DNA of 64,000 bases, from NCBI GenBank assembly GCA_035627595.1, contig DASPLK010000002.1, forward strand, positions 224,481 to 288,480, in the 5' to 3' direction. Position 1 is the stretch's first letter. Each line of letters starts with the position of its first letter. This DNA comes from Minisyncoccota bacterium. Lineage in GTDB: Bacteria > Patescibacteriota > Minisyncoccia > Phycocordibacterales > Phycocordibacteraceae. Both the position numbers and the translations under genes were made by a program. The notes under the pieces are model-generated. The model saw only the letters and a program-made list of their open reading frames with translations. It had not been told where the DNA came from and did no database searches. Shown piece after piece: positions 35,570 to 44,620 of the stretch.

Positions 35570-36838
35570 CTAGTTGTCTGACTGCTTGAACGCATTTGCG
35601 ACCGCACCCCGGAACATCTCTTCCGTATAGTCACGTCCCTTCTTCCAAAGCTGCGTAAGAGAAGGCGTGCGACCTGGCTTATACAGCTCTGCGTATGAGT
35701 TAGGCTGTCCGAGGACAATGTCGCGGAAAACCATTGCTGTTATGGCGCTATAGGTCATACCGGTACCGGAGAATGCGGTCGCAAGAAGCTGCTTGGGCTC
35801 GTATTCACCGATGAATGCCAAGCCATCAATCGGCTCAAGGATGTACCCGCTCCAACGGCGCACGATTGGATACTGTTTGCCAAATATCTCCTCTACGTAC
35901 TCTTCAAGCGCCGCGTAGCTCTCCTCTTCCATCTTCCTGGACTTCAGTTCAGCTCTATGATCCTCGCCGCCGATAACAATGCGGTCCTTGCCCCCAAGTG
36001 CCTTCCCTGGATCTACGCGGAAGTAGTGGTAAGGATTATCCATATCCTCGTAGATGCCTTCAGGATACTTGCCCTTGGGCACCGCAAGCTCAAGAATGTA
36101 CGTAATGTACATCCCCTTCTGGAGGAATACTTCCTTCGGATTGTTGAACGGCTGGTACGTGGTGACCGCAGTCCATTCAGCGGTGACGGTGTGGCGCCCC
36201 GCAGACACGCGAAGCGGACCGTCACCCTCTATCTCATCCACTCCTGTCTGTTCATAGAGCCCAACGCCCATGCGACCAAGCGCTTCTAGGAGTCCTGCAG
36301 CGAACTTAACTGAGTGGAACTTCGCTTGGTTACGTACGGCCATTATGGAGCGCGCATAGATGCCGATGTCCTCCTTGTGCATCTTTACAGAGAAACCGAG
36401 CCGCTTCATTTCCTTAAACTCTTCATCTAGATCACGCTCCTCGCTCCTGTCGTTTGCGTATGCATAGTTGATGCAGCGCGTAAATTCGCAGTCGATCTTC
36501 TCTTCCTTTGCTATGCGCTCTATTAGATTGATTGCGTCACCATGCGAGTTCCATATTTGCTTCGCGCCATCATCACCGAACATGGGGACCTGGTCGACCA
36601 CGTCCGTATCAATGGATTGCGTAAGGAAGCCCGTCGTAAAGCCGCTTCCCTTCTGGAAGAACCGATCTTTCTCAAGCACCACGACCGACTTACCCGCCTT
36701 CGCAAGCTCATATGCACTCAAAAGGCCAGCAAGGCCACCGCCAATAACCGTCACATCGCAGGTGACGTCACTGGTAAGCTTCGGGTATTTAGGCAGGTCC
36801 TGGGTCGCGAGCCAGGTAGAGATTTCTTTTGTAGCCAT
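35570..36838 (-). CDS. FAD-dependent oxidoreductase (DAO family)
   Basis: Rossmann dinucleotide motif DVTVIGGGLAGLLSAYELAKAGKSVVVLEKD. Confidence 0.7.
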   Translation of the reverse strand: MATKEISTWLATQDLPKYPKLTSDVTCDVTVIGGGLAGLLSAYELAKAGKSVVVLEKDRFFQKGSGFTTGFLTQSIDTDVVDQVPMFGDDGAKQIWNSHGDAINLIERIAKEEKIDCEFTRCINYAYANDRSEERDLDEEFKEMKRLGFSVKMHKEDIGIYARSIMAVRNQAKFHSVKFAAGLLEALGRMGVGLYEQTGVDEIEGDGPLRVSAGRHTVTAEWTAVTTYQPFNNPKEVFLQKGMYITYILELAVPKGKYPEGIYEDMDNPYHYFRVDPGKALGGKDRIVIGGEDHRAELKSRKMEEESYAALEEYVEEIFGKQYPIVRRWSGYILEPIDGLAFIGEYEPKQLLATAFSGTGMTYSAITAMVFRDIVLGQPNSYAELYKPGRTPSLTQLWKKGRDYTEEMFRGAVANAFKQSDN

Positions 36839-36883
36839 GCGCTCGAGTGTACGGAGCGCTAGGTGAACAGGATATGAGGAGCC

Positions 36884-37297
36884 TTATGCTGCGGCCTCAG
36901 CGTAGCGTGTGAAGCTATCAAGAATAGCCTGCCATCCCTCCCTTTGAAGTTCGACAGGGTTCTCACTTTCAGGAGCGAACGATACGGTCATGTGCGTGTT
37001 TTCGCCTTCGGACCGAAACAGCACCTCGACCGATCGCCCGTCGTCCATTGTGTATGCGATGCGCTCGTGTTCTACCACCGCGTTATAGTTACCGGCGAAA
37101 TCAAAGCCGAAGCTACCATCCTTTGCTTCCATGCGACTAAGGAATCTTCCACCCTCACGCAGGTCGTTTTCGGCATAGGGTGTGTGCCAATCAGGAGATG
37201 CGGTATTCCAAACCGTTATGGCTTCAGGGCTCGTATAGTCGCTCCAGACCCTTTCAACTGGCGCGTGTACGAGCGTAGTTACAACTATCGGCTCCAT
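36884..37297 (-). CDS. SRPBCC / AHSA1 (activator of Hsp90 ATPase homolog-like) domain protein
   Basis: VTTLVHAPVERVWSDYTSPEAITVWNTASPDWHTP...GGRFLSRMEAKDGSFGFDFAGNYNAVVEHERIAY. Confidence 0.65.
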   Translation of the reverse strand: MEPIVVTTLVHAPVERVWSDYTSPEAITVWNTASPDWHTPYAENDLREGGRFLSRMEAKDGSFGFDFAGNYNAVVEHERIAYTMDDGRSVEVLFRSEGENTHMTVSFAPESENPVELQREGWQAILDSFTRYAEAAA

Positions 37298-37299
37298 AG

Positions 37300-37638
37300 C
37301 TATCCAATATCCTTATTGACCTGCATTACCTCTATCCAGCCACCTGGGATGCCGAAGTGTGGATGGTCTTTGAATATGTTTGCCGCAGCTTCAAGCGACT
37401 CAGCTTCAACGAAGGAATACATCATGATGTCGTTGCGGGCGTCCTCGATGCCGTCTGCGGTGATGCGCTTAGGCTTGCCGACCCCTGCGCTCTCAATAAG
37501 CGCATCCTTGTGTTCTGCCATCCAGGCATTCCACTCTGACTGCATCTGTACCTCCCCTGCCTTTCGCTCCTCCTCAGGCATTTTCATCCACTCATCAAGG
37601 CCCGTATGGGGCATCTGGTATGTGACAAAGAATTTCAT
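37300..37638 (-). CDS. Hypothetical protein (112 aa)
   Basis: ORF tightly linked (3-nt gap) to the AHSA1-like gene. No confident domain. Confidence 0.45.
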   Translation of the reverse strand: MKFFVTYQMPHTGLDEWMKMPEEERKAGEVQMQSEWNAWMAEHKDALIESAGVGKPKRITADGIEDARNDIMMYSFVEAESLEAAANIFKDHPHFGIPGGWIEVMQVNKDIG

Positions 37639-37953
37639 ATACGTTCACTATACTCCATCTATACGACAGTATTATTTGACTCTCGTAGTCTCCTTGATAC
37701 CCTTAATCACAGTTAGGCGGGAGACAGGTAGCCAGACCAGCCCAGTGGAACTCATGGCCCCACTGAGGCCGAGAACGGATATCTGACCCCGACCATGGGG
37801 ACAGTCTCTTAGGAGAACCAGATGGCGCTGGTATTCCGCTTCTTCTCGGCTCTTTCAGGAGGGTGAGTCTCTCCACCCTTCTCCGATCTCAGGCGCACCT
37901 TTGGGTGCGCCTTTCCTTATTTTGCTCTAGCGCTGTTAGTGTAAAATGCGCGC
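37639..37953. other. 315-nt non-coding stretch with several stable stem-loops; candidate structured RNA or long 5' leader of unassigned class
   Basis: ggagggtgagtctctccaccctt and gcgcacctttgggtgcgc hairpins. ggccccactgaggcc. No ORF. No match by eye to tRNA, tmRNA, RNase P or SRP consensus. Confidence 0.2.
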
Positions 37954-38277
37954 ATGTCCAACGCACCGATCCTGGGCGGCACCGCGCACAGACTGCCTAC
38001 GGACATGCATGATGCGCTCATCTCAGACAAGAAGGCGCGAGCGGCATGGGAGACCCTTACTCCACTCTCCCGTAACGAATGGATCTGCTGGACCATCTCT
38101 GTAAAGAAGGAAGAGACGCGAAAGGAGCACGTGAAGAGATTGACGACCGAACTAAAGGAAGGAAAACGCCGACCATGCTGCTGGATAGGATGCATACACA
38201 GGAAAGATAAGCCCGTAAGCCCATCAGTGCAGGGCATACTTAATAGAAGGACTAGAGAGGAAGGTCGCGCGCTATAA
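37954..38277 (+). CDS. YdeI/OmpD-associated family-like small protein
   Basis: AWETLTPLSRNEWICWTISVKKEETRKEHVKRLTTELKEGKR resembles the YdeI-type C-terminal region. Hairpin plus T-tract terminator follows (38285-38330). Confidence 0.5.
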   Translation: MSNAPILGGTAHRLPTDMHDALISDKKARAAWETLTPLSRNEWICWTISVKKEETRKEHVKRLTTELKEGKRRPCCWIGCIHRKDKPVSPSVQGILNRRTREEGRAL

Positions 38278-38369
38278 CGCACACGGCCCACTGGCGGAAG
38301 ATCCACTTTGGTGGGTCTTCTGTTTTATTAGCTGGGTGTCTGGGACGATGTTGGAACTTGTTTATGTCA

Positions 38370-38399
38370 TTGACAAAACTATTCAATATGTTATATAGT
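38370..38399 (+). promoter_or_regulatory. Sigma70-like promoter TTGACA-18nt-TATAGT upstream of the high-GC small gene
   Basis: ttgaca 38370-38375, tatagt 38394-38399. RBS AAGGAA before ATG 38437. Confidence 0.4.
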
Positions 38400-38436
38400 G
38401 ACGGTCCAGTAACAACTGAACTGAAGGAATGAGACA

Positions 38437-38757
38437 ATGACCTTTGTACCCATGGCCCTCGGAGTTGTCCGAGAAGCCCATGACGACCGTCCTCGCAAGG
38501 TGTTCAGGCTCAAGCGGAACAAGCGGAACATGACCAACGACGAGATCCGAAAGGCGCTCGGTGTCGGCGACCACAGCGCTCCGCTTCTCATTTCGGAGAA
38601 CGCCTTCTACACCGAGGTCGACAGCCCTACGCCCGAAGGCTGCCAGTTCTTCGGATGGCGCATGGGCCCGGACACATTCAATGTTGTCGCGACCGAGTCG
38701 CACGCCGGGCTCGTCGCCAAAGCGGAAGCGATCGGTAACTTCGTTCGCTACTACTGA
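38437..38757 (+). CDS. Hypothetical protein (106 aa), high-GC GC3-rich, foreign-looking, adjacent to tRNA-Gln
   Basis: Clean ORF with promoter and RBS. Codons strongly G/C-ending (about 62% GC). No recognised domain. Hairpin ggctccgt...acggagcc after the stop. Confidence 0.5.
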   Translation: MTFVPMALGVVREAHDDRPRKVFRLKRNKRNMTNDEIRKALGVGDHSAPLLISENAFYTEVDSPTPEGCQFFGWRMGPDTFNVVATESHAGLVAKAEAIGNFVRYY

Positions 38758-38812
38758 GAGCTCTTCAAGGCTCCGTGAGAGGCTTCGGCTTCCTACGGAG
38801 CCTTTCATGTTG

Positions 38813-38886
38813 TGGCTGGGAGACTAGGGATCGAACCTAGATTCACGGCTTCAAAGGCCGCTGTCCTACCATTAGACGATCTCCCA
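38813..38886 (-). tRNA. tRNA-Gln (anticodon UUG)
   Basis: Minus-strand TGGGAGATCGTCTAATGGTAGGACAGCGGCCTTTGAAGCCGTGAATCTAGGTTCGATCCCTAGTCTCCCAGCCA. Cloverleaf with anticodon loop CUUUGAA. CCA encoded. Confidence 0.85.
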
Positions 38887-38930
38887 ATGAGAACATAACA
38901 ATCCTGCCCGAGAACGGGCGTGAGGGCAAG

Positions 38931-39830
38931 CTACTCTAGCTCACACGCAACGTTAAGCGCCGCGATATCCTCTGCATGAAGCTCGAGATCCCCGCCTGAG
39001 TTGTACGGATACATCAGGGACTGTGGGCTGTCCGTATGGAGGATGCCAAGCGCATGCCCGAACTCGTGCGCCATAACGCGGACAAGTTGCTCCCTGGTGC
39101 GAAACTCATAGACGGTGATGCGCGCGCCGTTCGCATCCTCTATGTACTGGCCCTGGTCGAACTCTTCTCCCGCTACTTCATTATAGACGTCCACTTTCCT
39201 ATTTACCTTCTCCGCAAGCATATTAAGTTCCTGCACCTCCATGTTTATGTCCGCAATCATGCGATTCAGTCTTACTGCTTCGGCATTGATTTCCTGCTGC
39301 TTGCGCTCAAGACTTCTACGCGTATTCTCAAGCTTCTCATACTCGCCAGGCGGCGCGCCGCCTTGCCGGTTCCATGAGGCGACCTCCGCATCATATGCAC
39401 TCTTCGCGCGCTCGAATGAGGCAAGCGCCGCGTCATGCGCTTCAACACGCGATTCATGAGATGCTATAAGCAAGTCAACTTCGTCACGCTTCTTCTCGTA
39501 TGCGGCTTGATCGCTATTAATGGCTGAGCCAAGCTGCGCCGTTGCTTGGCGCTCGTCGTATGCAAGACTTACGGGAACATCACCATCTTCGCTATAGGCA
39601 ATGATCGTCTTCCCCGCAGCTGTATTCCAAACTAAAGCAGCTTCCCTGAGCACGGCCCGAAGCTCCGTCTCGGACACTCCGAAGCGCTCATCTACTGAGC
39701 CAATACGGTAGGTAAGAGGTGTGGAGCATGCAGGTGTTAGCGACGCACTTTCTAATATGTACGCACCACCTGCGACAAAGGCTCCCACAACAATCGCCCC
39801 GGCTATGAGTTTGGTCGCCGGTCCCTGCAT
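38931..39830 (-). CDS. Matrixin-like zinc metalloprotease with central coiled-coil, membrane-anchored
   Basis: HEFGHALGILH zincin motif plus Met-turn region SLMYPY. N-terminal anchor. Long coiled-coil insert. Confidence 0.65.
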   Translation of the reverse strand: MQGPATKLIAGAIVVGAFVAGGAYILESASLTPACSTPLTYRIGSVDERFGVSETELRAVLREAALVWNTAAGKTIIAYSEDGDVPVSLAYDERQATAQLGSAINSDQAAYEKKRDEVDLLIASHESRVEAHDAALASFERAKSAYDAEVASWNRQGGAPPGEYEKLENTRRSLERKQQEINAEAVRLNRMIADINMEVQELNMLAEKVNRKVDVYNEVAGEEFDQGQYIEDANGARITVYEFRTREQLVRVMAHEFGHALGILHTDSPQSLMYPYNSGGDLELHAEDIAALNVACELE

Positions 39831-39832
39831 GG

Positions 39833-40855
39833 TTATTCTGAAAGCCCGTGTATGGCAAGCTCAAGCGGAAGCGCAGGCACAGGACTATAGCGGAGCATGC
39901 TCGCAGCATCGAGAAGCGCGATAAGTGTCTTATGCGTCAGCTTAGAGCCTTCTGCTTTGGCGACAGCTTCGACATCCGCATACGATTCTCCAAGCTCCTT
40001 CTGAATATCCGCACGCAGCTCCGGCGCATGGCGCACAAGAAGCACATTGCGCGCGTACTCCGTCACGAGCGTAAGGAAAAGACCCATGTCAACGCTCTGC
40101 TTCTCTGCTGTGTGCACCGTGACAAGGGCAGCACCCTTATCACCCTCTGAAAGCGCCCGTACGAGCGCTTCAACGAGCGCGCCTTTAGGCGCTCCTGTAG
40201 CCTTCTCCGCGTTCTCTCGCGATACATTTTTGTCCGAAGAAGCTGAGAGCACGCGTTCGAGTATGGAAAGTGCGTCGCGGTACGAACCTTCCGCAAGAAG
40301 CGCAATAAGATCGGCCGCAGACGGGTCAACCGTATAGCCCTCCTTCTTAGACACATCTAGCACAAGCTTGGCGAGACCCTCGCGCGCGGGCTTCTTAAAT
40401 TCAAACACCTGACAGCGCGAGAGTACCGTTTCCGGTACTTTGGTAGCCTCGGTCGTAGCAAGCACGAATACGATGTAGGGCGGCGGCTCCTCTAGCGTCT
40501 TCAGTAGCGCATTCCAAGCGCTCTTTGAGAGCATGTGTGCCTCATCGAGGATGTAGAACTTATATGGCGATTCAAACGGCAGCGTATGCACGTTCTCGTT
40601 GAGCGAACGTATGTTATCGACGCCCGTATTGGATGCTGCGTCTATCTCGTAGAGATCCTTATCAGACACTTTTAGCTCATTTGCAAAGATACGCGCGATG
40701 GAGGTCTTTCCGAGTCCGCGCGAGCCAGCAAAGAGGTATGCATGCCCCACCTTCCCAGACGCGATTGCCTCCTGGAGTGCGTTTGTAACTTGCTCCTGCC
40801 CGCGCACTTCTGCAAAGGTGGCTGGGCGGTATGCCCTATACAAGGACTGACTCAT
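39833..40855 (-). CDS. dnaX: DNA polymerase III subunit gamma/tau (short form, ATPase + lid domains)
   Basis: YRAYRPATFAEVRGQEQVTNALQEAIASGKVGHAYLFAGSRGLGKTSIARIFANEL. Walker B ILDEAHML. Sensor SRCQVFEF. Confidence 0.8.
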   Translation of the reverse strand: MSQSLYRAYRPATFAEVRGQEQVTNALQEAIASGKVGHAYLFAGSRGLGKTSIARIFANELKVSDKDLYEIDAASNTGVDNIRSLNENVHTLPFESPYKFYILDEAHMLSKSAWNALLKTLEEPPPYIVFVLATTEATKVPETVLSRCQVFEFKKPAREGLAKLVLDVSKKEGYTVDPSAADLIALLAEGSYRDALSILERVLSASSDKNVSRENAEKATGAPKGALVEALVRALSEGDKGAALVTVHTAEKQSVDMGLFLTLVTEYARNVLLVRHAPELRADIQKELGESYADVEAVAKAEGSKLTHKTLIALLDAASMLRYSPVPALPLELAIHGLSE

Positions 40856-40933
40856 GGGACGAGTGTACCACGCTCCATTTTGCGTATAAAAGAGACGTCT
40901 CCGCTTGCGCGGAGACGCTTTCTTGCCTGGAAT

Positions 40934-41302
40934 CTAGAGTCGTGCCAGCACGTACTCACGGAAAGCAGCTGAATTGTGCTGCTTTCTCAGGAACTCGCCG
41001 CCGAGCGCTTTCACCTCTCGCTCGGTCATGAACGTAAGGTCGTGTGAGTGGACGAAAATCTTCGGCGCACCCTGCTGGAACCGGCTGGCCATCTGAATGA
41101 GCTCGACGCTCACGTTACGTAGCGAATGCAACGTGTTGTCCAGGATGATCAGATCATACTCGGCCTTTCTCAGGGCAACTACGCTGTCGCGGTAATCGGT
41201 AGCGATCGTAAGGTCGATTGGCAGACCCTCAAGCGCCTTCTCGGCAAATGCACGCCACTGATCCTCGTCTTCGACGAGCAGAACCTGCTTGTTTCTAGAC
41301 AT
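40934..41302 (-). CDS. Response regulator receiver-domain protein (stand-alone)
   Basis: VLLVEDEDQWRAF...YDLIILDNTL...KIFVHS. Start at MSRNKQ. Confidence 0.7.
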   Translation of the reverse strand: MSRNKQVLLVEDEDQWRAFAEKALEGLPIDLTIATDYRDSVVALRKAEYDLIILDNTLHSLRNVSVELIQMASRFQQGAPKIFVHSHDLTFMTEREVKALGGEFLRKQHNSAAFREYVLARL

Positions 41303-41355
41303 GATGCTGTCTCCCTTCTTGAGACACAACATCATTATCGGTTTCCAATGTCAAC

Positions 41356-42342
41356 TTATAGATTCTGCAGCGCCACCTGTATATGACTTTGGAGCTCTTC
41401 TACATCCTTCGCGTCCATAAGTTTCGTACGGAGTTCTGCTGCATTGTCGTATCCGGTAACGAACGCCTTCACATGCTTCTTCAAAAGATGGAACGACTTG
41501 GCGGGACGCATTTTTGAAAACTCTTCGCTCAGTAGGAGCAGCGCCTCGAGCTTCTCCTTTGAAGAAGCTTCGTGCCCGGTGAATACCCAAGGGTTTCCGA
41601 ATATCGCACGTCCGAGCATGATGCCATCTGCGCCGCTTGCTGCGACCTTGTTACGCGCATCTTCAATGCTTGCCACGTCTCCGTTCCCAAGTATCCGTGT
41701 CCCAGGCGATACCTCATCGCGCAGCGCAACTACCTTAGGCATGAGTTCCCAATGCGCCGGTACCTTAGACATCTCCTTGCGGGTCCTCAAGTGTACGGTG
41801 AGCGCATCAGGCCTAGTCATGAGTACCGTGCGTATCCATGTATCAATCTCCTCATGGTTGTATCCGATACGAGTCTTAACCGACACGCCCATGTCTGACC
41901 TGCCTGCGTCAGCGATACCCTGACGTGCCGCTTCGACGATATCAGGCACGAGTTCCGGTTGCTTGATCATGCCGGCGCCACATCCCTGACGCTCGATCGC
42001 TTTATCAGGGCACCCCATATTGATATCTACGCCATCAAAGCCAAGCTCTCCGGCGAGCTTCGCGGCGTATCGGATCATCTCAGGCTTAGAGGAGAATATC
42101 TGTGCGACGATTGGGTGCTCACTCGTATCAAATATGAGATCGCGCATGAGCGGGTTCTCTGCATCAAGCATCTTCTTCATCTCGCGGGTGTGGTACAGCC
42201 CGTCTGCGGAGACAAACTCCGTCCACATAACATCTGCACGCCCAAATTTAGCGATCACCTTTCTATATGCAGGATCGGTGACGTCCGCCATGGGCGCGAG
42301 AACGAAAAAAGGCCTTTGAAGGTCTTTCCAAAAGGATTCCAT
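41356..42342 (-). CDS. dus: tRNA-dihydrouridine synthase
   Basis: FVLAPMADVTDPAYRKV...GVDINMGCP...catalytic Cys region. Confidence 0.9.
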   Translation of the reverse strand: MESFWKDLQRPFFVLAPMADVTDPAYRKVIAKFGRADVMWTEFVSADGLYHTREMKKMLDAENPLMRDLIFDTSEHPIVAQIFSSKPEMIRYAAKLAGELGFDGVDINMGCPDKAIERQGCGAGMIKQPELVPDIVEAARQGIADAGRSDMGVSVKTRIGYNHEEIDTWIRTVLMTRPDALTVHLRTRKEMSKVPAHWELMPKVVALRDEVSPGTRILGNGDVASIEDARNKVAASGADGIMLGRAIFGNPWVFTGHEASSKEKLEALLLLSEEFSKMRPAKSFHLLKKHVKAFVTGYDNAAELRTKLMDAKDVEELQSHIQVALQNL

Positions 42343-42374
42343 GGGGCTACCTTAGCGCAAAGACGCTGCTTTTC

Positions 42375-43328
42375 CTACAGTGCAGCTGCCTCTCCTATCC
42401 TCTTTACGTACACTTTCCCTTTGAATCTAAGGTCAACATATTCGAGCTCACCGCTGCCAATATTCAGGGTTGGAAATGCGGAAGCCGCAAGGTCTGCTGC
42501 TGCCTTTTCGCGTCCGAGGATGTAGGTAATGCGTGTTCCCTCAGGGGTGTAGAGATCCGCTTCGTCTTCGCGTATCTCTACCGAAACGATGCCGACATTA
42601 AGGGACTTCATCGCCTTAACAAATCGAAGTGCATCCGGTAGCCTGCCAGCTCCAACCACATGCGCGCGTATCGGCGTCTCGCCTTCAGCGCCCTCAAGTG
42701 GCGCATAGATACGAAGTACGCTCATGTCGACGTCCTCAACAATGGGCTCTACTGGAGCAGCCTTCGCTTCAGGAGCAGTTGCCGCTTCCATCTGCATGGC
42801 AATAACTGGCTCCTGGTACCCCTCCTCAAGCGCAAACACGAAACCTTCTGCGTCTGCCTGGTAGCACGGAGATGCGGTACCTGCGGTAGCGCCGCACCAG
42901 ATGAACGCTGACGTGCGCGGAACGTTCGTGAGGGAGATAGAGGTGAAGCCAGTGCGCTTTATCGCGACTGCCGTCACCGCAGGATATGTATCGAGTACCT
43001 TCCGGCGCATCGCGCCTTCAGGAAATATAAAAATAGAATTCTTAGGGAGCACATAGAAATACGTTCCCTCAAGTGCCGCCTCCGCAATAGCGCGCGTCTC
43101 CTCTGCATTTGGACCTGCTGTGGCAATGCTATTGATACGCACGAACGGTTGCCACATCAGGTATACGAGCGCAGCAAAAAGCACTGCCGCAAGTACGCCG
43201 AGCACGATAAACAATACACGACGCTGCTTCTTCCTGCGCTCCTTCAAGCTCTCACGTCGCGTACGTACAGGCGCCTCAGGAGCGCTCCGCGGCTCACGCC
43301 GGACGTCCCAGGACCTCTTTGCCGACAT
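42375..43328 (-). CDS. Putative cell-division protein FtsQ/DivIB-like (bitopic, Arg-rich cytoplasmic tail)
   Basis: Arg/Lys-rich N-terminus, single TM (VLFIVLGVLAAVLFAALVYLMW), extracytoplasmic domain. Assignment rests on topology and context only. Confidence 0.4.
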   Translation of the reverse strand: MSAKRSWDVRREPRSAPEAPVRTRRESLKERRKKQRRVLFIVLGVLAAVLFAALVYLMWQPFVRINSIATAGPNAEETRAIAEAALEGTYFYVLPKNSIFIFPEGAMRRKVLDTYPAVTAVAIKRTGFTSISLTNVPRTSAFIWCGATAGTASPCYQADAEGFVFALEEGYQEPVIAMQMEAATAPEAKAAPVEPIVEDVDMSVLRIYAPLEGAEGETPIRAHVVGAGRLPDALRFVKAMKSLNVGIVSVEIREDEADLYTPEGTRITYILGREKAAADLAASAFPTLNIGSGELEYVDLRFKGKVYVKRIGEAAAL

Positions 43329-44607
43329 ACGGAACGAGTGCTTTCGGGACGCGGATGGTGCCGTCCTCCTGCTGGTAATTCTCAATGATAGCGATGAGTG
43401 TGCGACCTATCGCAAACGCAGTAGCGTCATTCATGTGCACATGCGAGAGTTCGCCTTCCGTCCCCCTGACCCTCGTATTTAACCTGCGTGCCTGATATCC
43501 GCCCATGTAGTCGGAGGTCTGCGTCTCGCGATACGTATCTTGCCCAGGCATCCAAGTTTCAATGTCGTACTGGCGCTGATCTGGCTTTCCCATATCGCCG
43601 GTGCATATAGCCATCACGCGGTACGGAAGCCCAAGAGATTGCATGAGGTGTTCCTGTATCGCCACAAAGAAATCCTGCTCGCGGTAACCATTTTCCGGCA
43701 ACGAAAAACTTTCAAGCTCGAGCTTGTCGAACTGATGCTGGCGAAGTATGCCGCGCGTATCTTTTCCGTACGTACCCGCCTCCCTACGAAAGGCGGTCGA
43801 GTATCCTGCGTAGCGAATAGGCAACTGCGACTCCTCGATAATCTCGTTCATATGCAGGGGCCCGAGCGTGTGCTCGGCACTGCCGACAAATACAAGTTCG
43901 TCCTTCTCAAAGTAGTACCGCTCATCTATGGGATGGAGCCGTGCCATGCGACCCATCACATCCGCCCGCATCATCACCGGAGGGATGACTGGCGTAAACG
44001 GCTTAGGGTCGATGTCGAGATTCGCTGCCCGCGCTATCTCTGCAAGCCTCTCTCGGGAAGTGAGAATGGAAAAGGCGAATTGAATAAGCGCGAACTGGAC
44101 GAGTACCAGGTCGCCTTTGATATAGCTAAAGCGCGCGCCGGATATTTCGGCTGCCTTTTCTGTATCGATAATATCGAGGGCCTTTCCTATCTCCCAGTGT
44201 GGCTTAGGGACAAACGAGAACGTTGGCTTCTCTCCCCATTCACGCGCGACCACATTGCCTGATTCATCGGGACCAACAGGAGTATCCGGTGATGGAATGT
44301 TAGGCACCGACAGAATAAGCTTGGTCCATTCCTCAGTTAGCGTATTGAACGTGCCTTCAAGTTCGGTAAAGCCGTCCTTAACATGCCGCATGCGCTCGAT
44401 GAGCGACGTACGCTCATCGCCCTGGGCCCGCTGGATTACGGCTGACATGCGATTTTGCTCTGCCTTCTTCTCGTCCATCTGCTGACGAATGGTCTTGCGC
44501 TCCACGTCAACAGCGAGCAGTCGATCTATGTCGACCTCGACGCCCTTCTTTCTAGCTGCGTCTTTTACGATGTCCGTATTCTCCCGGATGAAGTTGATGT
44601 CGAGCAT
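43294..44607 (-). CDS. serS: Seryl-tRNA synthetase
   Basis: N-terminal coiled-coil MLDINFIRENTDIV.... Class II motifs FRREAGTYGKDTRGILRQHQFDKLE and GDMGKPDQRQYDIETWMPG. Confidence 0.95.
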   Translation of the reverse strand: MLDINFIRENTDIVKDAARKKGVEVDIDRLLAVDVERKTIRQQMDEKKAEQNRMSAVIQRAQGDERTSLIERMRHVKDGFTELEGTFNTLTEEWTKLILSVPNIPSPDTPVGPDESGNVVAREWGEKPTFSFVPKPHWEIGKALDIIDTEKAAEISGARFSYIKGDLVLVQFALIQFAFSILTSRERLAEIARAANLDIDPKPFTPVIPPVMMRADVMGRMARLHPIDERYYFEKDELVFVGSAEHTLGPLHMNEIIEESQLPIRYAGYSTAFRREAGTYGKDTRGILRQHQFDKLELESFSLPENGYREQDFFVAIQEHLMQSLGLPYRVMAICTGDMGKPDQRQYDIETWMPGQDTYRETQTSDYMGGYQARRLNTRVRGTEGELSHVHMNDATAFAIGRTLIAIIENYQQEDGTIRVPKALVPYVGKEVLGRPA

Positions 44608-44620
44608 AGGACTATAATAG

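Noticed and set aside
37639-37953. tmRNA, RNase P RNA, SRP RNA or retron msr-msd in the 315-nt spacer
   Set aside because: No tRNA-like 3' domain or tag-peptide ORF (tmRNA). No GGAAAGUCCGG/P4 motifs (RNase P). No domain IV consensus (SRP). No adjacent reverse transcriptase (retron). The class is left unassigned.
42375-43385. Track start of the FtsQ-like gene at 43385
   Set aside because: That start would overlap serS by 90 nt. The start at MSAKRSW (43328) still overlaps by 35 nt. The gene call itself is kept at low confidence.
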